Part shown: piece by piece, positions 58,897 through 64,000 of the stretch
How positions within the stretch are numbered: the first letter of the stretch is position 1
Layout of the letters: the number at the start of each line of letters is the position of its first letter
NCBI GenBank assembly: GCA_965267345.1
Contig: OZ253947.1
Span: forward strand, 489,964-553,963
DNA: 64,000 bases
Direction: 5' to 3'
Source: Minisyncoccota bacterium
GTDB lineage: Bacteria > Patescibacteriota > Minisyncoccia > Phycocordibacterales > UBA2100
Program-made: the position numbers and the translations under genes
Notes under the pieces: generated by a model
Seen by the model: only the letters and a program-made list of their open reading frames with translations
What the model was told of the DNA's origin: nothing
The model's database searches: none

Positions 58897-61263
58897 ATGA
58901 CTCGAAAGACGACCGCCAAAAAACGCACCGCGCGTAAAACAACACGAGCAACCAAACGGACCACCCGCACACCAAAGAAAACTGAAACCTCCGAGGAACA
59001 GGAATCGTTTTTTGAAGGTGGGCTGCAGTCGGAAACCATGCGTGGCGTCTGGGGCATCCTTGCTATCGCCGCTGCTATCTTTTTCACCCTCGCCGGCTTT
59101 GAGCTCGCAGGAAAATTCGGGCACAGCGTGCACGTCTGGCTGAATGCACTGTTCGGTGTCGGCTACGCACTCATTCCCCTCTTCTTTCTGCTGTTGGCCG
59201 TTATGCTCTTCCGCTCATTTAACAACCACGAACTGGGCGCTGTGCGTATTGCAAGCGCGTTTGTGTTTGTGCTCGCCGGTCTTGGCCTCATCGGCACACT
59301 TGCCGACGCACGTGGCGGCCTACTCGGGCAGCTCGTCTCGGCACCGCTCGTGTACTTCGTCGACCGGCTGGCAACTATCGTCATCCTCATTGCCATTGCT
59401 GCCGTGTCACTGGTCATTGCATTCGATGCACATCCACTGAGCTTCTTCTCACGTGTCCGTGACCGCCTGAACGACGATGAAGAGGACGAGGACCTGCTGG
59501 AAGAAGATGAAGCAGCACGCGTCGATCAATCGCAACCTGAAGACGACGAGCCTGAAGCGGAGCCGGCACCCGCCCCTGAACCGGAAGAAAAGAAAGAGAA
59601 AAAGGGTGGCATCTTTACCTTTGGCGGCGACACTGAGAAAAGCGAGGGCGACGGCATGTTCGCCTTCCCGACCGTTGCCGTTGCCGGAGCGTACACCCCA
59701 CCACCAATCTCACTCCTGCAGAAAGACAAAGGGCGCCCGTCAGTTGGTGACGTCAAAGCAAGTGCCAACACCATCAAGCGCACGCTCCACAACTTTGGTA
59801 TCGACGTTGAAATGGACGAAGTCGCCATCGGCCCAACGGTCACCCAGTATGCAATGAAGCCGGCAGAAGGCGTTCGCTTGGCAAAAATTGTCTCTCTGCA
59901 GAGCAACCTCGAGCTCGCGCTGGCGGCGACACCAATTCGCATCGAAGCACCGATTCCCGGTAAATCGCTCGTGGGTATCGAAGTGCCGAACAACACCAAA
60001 TCAATGCTGGGGCTGGGATCGCTCTTTGGTAGCAAGGAGTTCCAGAGTTCCGACAAGCCGCTGCTGATTGCCCTCGGGCGTGACATTGCCGGCAACCCGC
60101 ACTTTGCTAACATTTCAAAAATGCCCCACTTGTTGATCGCCGGTGCGACGGGTGCCGGAAAATCGGTCACCGTGCACGACCTCATTGTGTCACTCCTCTA
60201 CCGTCGCAGCCCGCAGGAGCTCCGCTTTATCATGGTTGATCCAAAGCGTGTTGAGCTCACCCTCTACAACAGCATTCCGCACCTGCTCACGCCGGTGATT
60301 ACCGATCCGAAAAAGGCAATTCTGGCGCTGAAGTGGCTCGCGAAAGAGATGGACCGACGCTACGATATCCTCGAAGCCGAGAAAGTGCGCGACATCGGCT
60401 CATACCACAAGAATGTGTACGAACCCGCACTGGCAAAACACAAGAAAAGCGGCGATGAAGACGCGAGCGATGTCCCTGAGCCAATGCCGTACATTGTCGC
60501 CATTATCGACGAGCTCTCCGACCTTATGCAGGCGTACCCACGCGAGCTCGAAGCTGCAATTGTGCGTCTCGCGCAGATGAGTCGTGCGGTTGGTATCCAC
60601 CTCATTCTCAGCACGCAGCGTCCGAGTGTGCAGGTTATTACGGGGCTCATTAAGGCAAACATCCCCGCACGCATTGCGCTGCAGGTCTCCTCACAAATCG
60701 ACTCGCGTACCATTCTCGATATGGGTGGCGCCGAGAAACTGCTGGGTGCAGGTGACATGCTCTACCTCTCCGGTGAGATGAGTAAGCCACGCCGTATTCA
60801 GGCACCGTACATCTCTGAGGAAGAGCTCAAAGCAGTGGTCAAGCACCTCGCCGACACCCACGCCGAAGAGCTGACCGACGAAATCGACCTCTCAGACGTT
60901 CAGCACGACACGAGCATCTTCTCTGCCTCAATGGGCGGTGGCGGTGACGACGATGATGACGAGCTCTACGAAGAAGCCAAGCAAGTCATCATCGAAGCCG
61001 GCAAAGGCTCAACATCATTCCTACAACGCAAGCTCCGCATCGGCTACGCCCGCGCAGCGCGCCTCATGGACATCCTCGAAGAACGCGGCGTCGTCGGACC
61101 GGCCGACGGCTCAAAGCCGCGCGAAGTCATCATGGAGCCGGATGTCGACGATGCTGACACTGACGACTATGACACCTCGGAGGAAGATGGTAGTGACGAC
61201 GAACCCGACGACGACGCGGTACGCTACGACGATGATGAAGACGAGGAGGACGAGCGCCGCTAG
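58897..61263 (+). CDS. ftsK: DNA translocase FtsK/SpoIIIE
   Basis: 4TM N-terminus, RIEAPIPGKS, PHLLIAGATGAGKS, STQRPSV, gamma domain LQRKLRIGYARAAR. Confidence 0.97.
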   Translation: MTRKTTAKKRTARKTTRATKRTTRTPKKTETSEEQESFFEGGLQSETMRGVWGILAIAAAIFFTLAGFELAGKFGHSVHVWLNALFGVGYALIPLFFLLLAVMLFRSFNNHELGAVRIASAFVFVLAGLGLIGTLADARGGLLGQLVSAPLVYFVDRLATIVILIAIAAVSLVIAFDAHPLSFFSRVRDRLNDDEEDEDLLEEDEAARVDQSQPEDDEPEAEPAPAPEPEEKKEKKGGIFTFGGDTEKSEGDGMFAFPTVAVAGAYTPPPISLLQKDKGRPSVGDVKASANTIKRTLHNFGIDVEMDEVAIGPTVTQYAMKPAEGVRLAKIVSLQSNLELALAATPIRIEAPIPGKSLVGIEVPNNTKSMLGLGSLFGSKEFQSSDKPLLIALGRDIAGNPHFANISKMPHLLIAGATGAGKSVTVHDLIVSLLYRRSPQELRFIMVDPKRVELTLYNSIPHLLTPVITDPKKAILALKWLAKEMDRRYDILEAEKVRDIGSYHKNVYEPALAKHKKSGDEDASDVPEPMPYIVAIIDELSDLMQAYPRELEAAIVRLAQMSRAVGIHLILSTQRPSVQVITGLIKANIPARIALQVSSQIDSRTILDMGGAEKLLGAGDMLYLSGEMSKPRRIQAPYISEEELKAVVKHLADTHAEELTDEIDLSDVQHDTSIFSASMGGGGDDDDDELYEEAKQVIIEAGKGSTSFLQRKLRIGYARAARLMDILEERGVVGPADGSKPREVIMEPDVDDADTDDYDTSEEDGSDDEPDDDAVRYDDDEDEEDERR

Positions 61264-61275
61264 TATACGCCGCCT

Positions 61276-61698
61276 ATGCTCCCCCACCACACCAAATTCA
61301 CGAAATACTTCTTCGCACTGTTTGTGCTCGTCGTTCTCGTCTATGCATACTTTAAAGCGCAGAGCTTCCTCTTCGGGCCGAGTGTCATCATTGACGCAAC
61401 CGACAATACCATCACCGTGCAGGATGAGCTCATTGATATCTCGGGCGCGACCGAAAACGTCGTTGACATCACTCTTAGCGGCCGGCCGATCATTATCGAC
61501 GACACCGGTGCCTTTACCGAGCGTGTATTACTGGCACCCGGCATGAACACCTTTGTATTTGAGGCACGCGACCGCTTCGATCGCCACACCCGCGAAACGC
61601 TCTATATCCTCTACGAGACAGACGGCACATCGCCGACGGCCGTTCCTGAAGTGCCACACACCGCGCCCATCACTGCCACGAGTACCCCCGAGCAGTAG
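61276..61698 (+). CDS. Membrane-anchored Ig-like domain protein
   Basis: TM then G.F.E...L.PG.N....A.D motif. Confidence 0.75.
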   Translation: MLPHHTKFTKYFFALFVLVVLVYAYFKAQSFLFGPSVIIDATDNTITVQDELIDISGATENVVDITLSGRPIIIDDTGAFTERVLLAPGMNTFVFEARDRFDRHTRETLYILYETDGTSPTAVPEVPHTAPITATSTPEQ

Positions 61699-61750
61699 CG
61701 CGTTGTACCTCACGCATATTCCGTTACAATGAGGAGATAATCAGCAATAT

Positions 61751-62809
61751 ATGGCAGCAAAAAAATCCGCAGCGAAGAAAAGTGCACCAAAAAAGTCAGC
61801 TCCCGCAAAACCAACAAAGCCGGAGAAAGACACGAGCAAGATTGAAGCCGCTGTCTCGGCGATAAAGACAAAGTTCGGCGACGAGGCAATCATGATGCTC
61901 GGCGATACCGGCAAAGTGAATGTCGACGCCATCCCTACCGGCTCCATTGGTGTGGACTGGGCACTGGGTATTGGCGGATTCCCGCGCGGCCGCGTTATCG
62001 AAATTTACGGACCGGAATCATCCGGTAAGACCACACTCTCGCTGCACGCCATTGCCGAATCACAGAAAAAAGGCGGTGTGTGTGCCTTCATCGACGCCGA
62101 GCATGCCCTCGACCCTGAGTACGCGCGCAAGATTGGCGTCAAAATTAACGACCTGCTCATTTCCCAACCGGACACGGGTGAACAGGCACTTGAAATTGTT
62201 GAGAGCCTCGTGCGCAGCGGCAACATCGACCTCATCGTCGTCGACTCAGTTGCTGCCCTCACCCCGAAAGACGAGATCGAGGGCGAAATGGGTGCCCACC
62301 ACGTCGGCAAGCAGGCACGCTTGATGAGTCAGGCGCTACGCAAACTCACGGCAATCACGGCAAAAACCAAAACGACCGTTATCTTCATCAACCAAGTGCG
62401 CATGAAAATCGGCGTTATGTTTGGCAACCCTGAAACCACACCCGGTGGTAAGGCGCTCAAATTCTACTCATCCGTGCGCCTCGATATTCGTCGCATTGCC
62501 CAAATCAAAAAAGGCACTGAAGTAATGGGTGGCCGTCACCGCGTCAAAGTGGCAAAAAACAAAATTGCTGCGCCATTCCGCACGGCAGAATTCGACCTAC
62601 TCTACAACGAAGGTATTTCACGCGAAGGCGAACTCCTCGCCCTTGGTGAGAAAATGGAGGTTATCGAAAAAGCGGGTGCCTCATACCGGTTTGATGATGT
62701 GGCACTGGGCCGCGGGTACGATGCCGCGCGCACTTTTCTGCGCGAAAACAGCAAAATTGCAACTGCCGTCCTCAAAGAGATCCGCACGAAACTGAAAGAG
62801 GAATCATAG
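61751..62809 (+). CDS. recA: Recombinase RecA
   Basis: [34 protein letters not shown]. Confidence 0.99.
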   Translation: MAAKKSAAKKSAPKKSAPAKPTKPEKDTSKIEAAVSAIKTKFGDEAIMMLGDTGKVNVDAIPTGSIGVDWALGIGGFPRGRVIEIYGPESSGKTTLSLHAIAESQKKGGVCAFIDAEHALDPEYARKIGVKINDLLISQPDTGEQALEIVESLVRSGNIDLIVVDSVAALTPKDEIEGEMGAHHVGKQARLMSQALRKLTAITAKTKTTVIFINQVRMKIGVMFGNPETTPGGKALKFYSSVRLDIRRIAQIKKGTEVMGGRHRVKVAKNKIAAPFRTAEFDLLYNEGISREGELLALGEKMEVIEKAGASYRFDDVALGRGYDAARTFLRENSKIATAVLKEIRTKLKEES

Positions 62810-63217
62810 ATCAAGCCAACGCTGCGCGTGCCTTTTATGGTCTGAGATCTCGCCAAGTAGACGTGCATACTGGACCCGAACGTCTTCAAGCATGTCTGCA
62901 AGCTCTCCATACAATACACGATCGCGTATATCCTGTGATGCTCTTTTTCTGCGGACCTCGGACGCAACCGACTCAAGTTCAATCATGAGCCCCATGAGCT
63001 GCTTGTCAATACGCGCAAACAGCTGCGAAACATCTTGCTTAAATTGACGCAATGAGTCGTCACGCTTGGCAGTCTCGCCTGCATCAAAGCCATCGGTTGA
63101 CTGCTTCAGTTTCTCAAAAAATGAAGCAAACTCTTTATAGTGGCTCTCGACTTCAGCGACACGCAGTGCAATCTGCTCATACGTCGACTCGCGCTGTATG
63201 TTCCCTTCAAATTTCAT
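62804..63217 (-). CDS. Hypothetical helical protein
   Basis: Coiled-coil-like ORF; start uncertain. Confidence 0.6.
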   Translation of the reverse strand: MKFEGNIQRESTYEQIALRVAEVESHYKEFASFFEKLKQSTDGFDAGETAKRDDSLRQFKQDVSQLFARIDKQLMGLMIELESVASEVRRKRASQDIRDRVLYGELADMLEDVRVQYARLLGEISDHKRHAQRWLDL

Positions 63218-63218
63218 A

Positions 63219-63899
63219 CTACTCTTGCGCACGACGCTCCCCTGCTGCTGGATCGTCTTTACCGTCTAGTAATTGGCGTACTTCCTTTTGCTGTTTCTTG
63301 AGTTGCTCCCTTTTCTCGATGATGTCCTTGTATAGTCCTTCGTGCGAGGCGTCGAATTGCACGTTTGCAACATGCTCGAGCAGTTCACTTGCATAGTGTC
63401 CGTATTCGTCCGTACGCGCATCCCATGCCGCCAGCTGAGCCGCCAGCTCATCGGTGAGCGGCTGGTCACTGAGCGCTCCGAACCTTGTGCGTTCATTCAC
63501 ATATGATTCAAGGCCAGCTGATACACTTACGAGAATTTCAGTAATAAGGCGGTTTAGTTCAGCATTCACGTCCTGGTAGACTTCCTCGATTGGAGTTGTG
63601 ACGCGCTTGAGCTTTTCTCTAAGCTCTCTGCTTTCATAGGGCTCCAGAGCTGCCTCAGCATGATCAAGCGGTTTAAGAAACCTATTGAGCTGCTTCAGCT
63701 TTCCTGCATACGTATCAAGTGCTTCGAGTGCAGACGTCACATCACCGTGTTCATCAATACCTGATGGCGTGATACTGAAATTTTTCTTTGAGAAAAAGTG
63801 TGCCTGCTCGATCGCTGTCGTGACCTGCGCCGCCACCGACTCAGGTGGTTTCATTCGCACATTATCATTCGCGAGGTGTTTTGGTTCTATGCCTTCCAT
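63219..63899 (-). CDS. Hypothetical helical protein
   Basis: 226-aa ORF; TGGTACTAT 6 nt upstream. Confidence 0.65.
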   Translation of the reverse strand: MEGIEPKHLANDNVRMKPPESVAAQVTTAIEQAHFFSKKNFSITPSGIDEHGDVTSALEALDTYAGKLKQLNRFLKPLDHAEAALEPYESRELREKLKRVTTPIEEVYQDVNAELNRLITEILVSVSAGLESYVNERTRFGALSDQPLTDELAAQLAAWDARTDEYGHYASELLEHVANVQFDASHEGLYKDIIEKREQLKKQQKEVRQLLDGKDDPAAGERRAQE

Positions 63900-64000
63900 A
63901 CGTGCATAGTACCATCTCGCGCGACACTACTGCAGTGTCTCCCCTGATGCCAGCGTAGCATCCTCTTCTCCTAGCACCTCTTTAATGGACTGAATGTCTA

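Overview
Chromosomal window from a Patescibacteria/CPR bacterium, most likely Parcubacteria (inferred from 16S signatures and gene families; genetic code 11). Most genes lie on the minus strand. Contents: secA, an O-antigen-ligase/TPR gene, a ~16 kb surface-glycan biosynthesis cluster, galE, a VirD4-like ATPase, rsmI-murC-murD, tRNA-Leu and tRNA-Ile, a 16S rRNA gene unlinked from 23S-5S, secDF, rodA, rplJ-rplL, a large S-layer-like protein, ftsK and recA. The most striking signal is non-coding. Two degenerate, CCA-ending tRNA-like cloverleaves each sit at the apex of a 20-21 bp closing helix in the 23S-5S transcript: one inside 23S helix 45 (46544-46708) and one in the 23S-5S spacer (44638-44782). 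Separately, the intact tRNA-Ile sits on a long hairpin that interrupts a second, split tRNA-Ile copy at its anticodon loop. Other observations: a 16S tail without the canonical anti-Shine-Dalgarno sequence, widespread leaderless-type promoters, an unassigned ~290 nt structured RNA, a 12-copy iteron-like array in and upstream of an HTH gene next to ftsK, and a recurrent 20-bp parS-like palindrome. All structures were folded by eye and no database searches were run.
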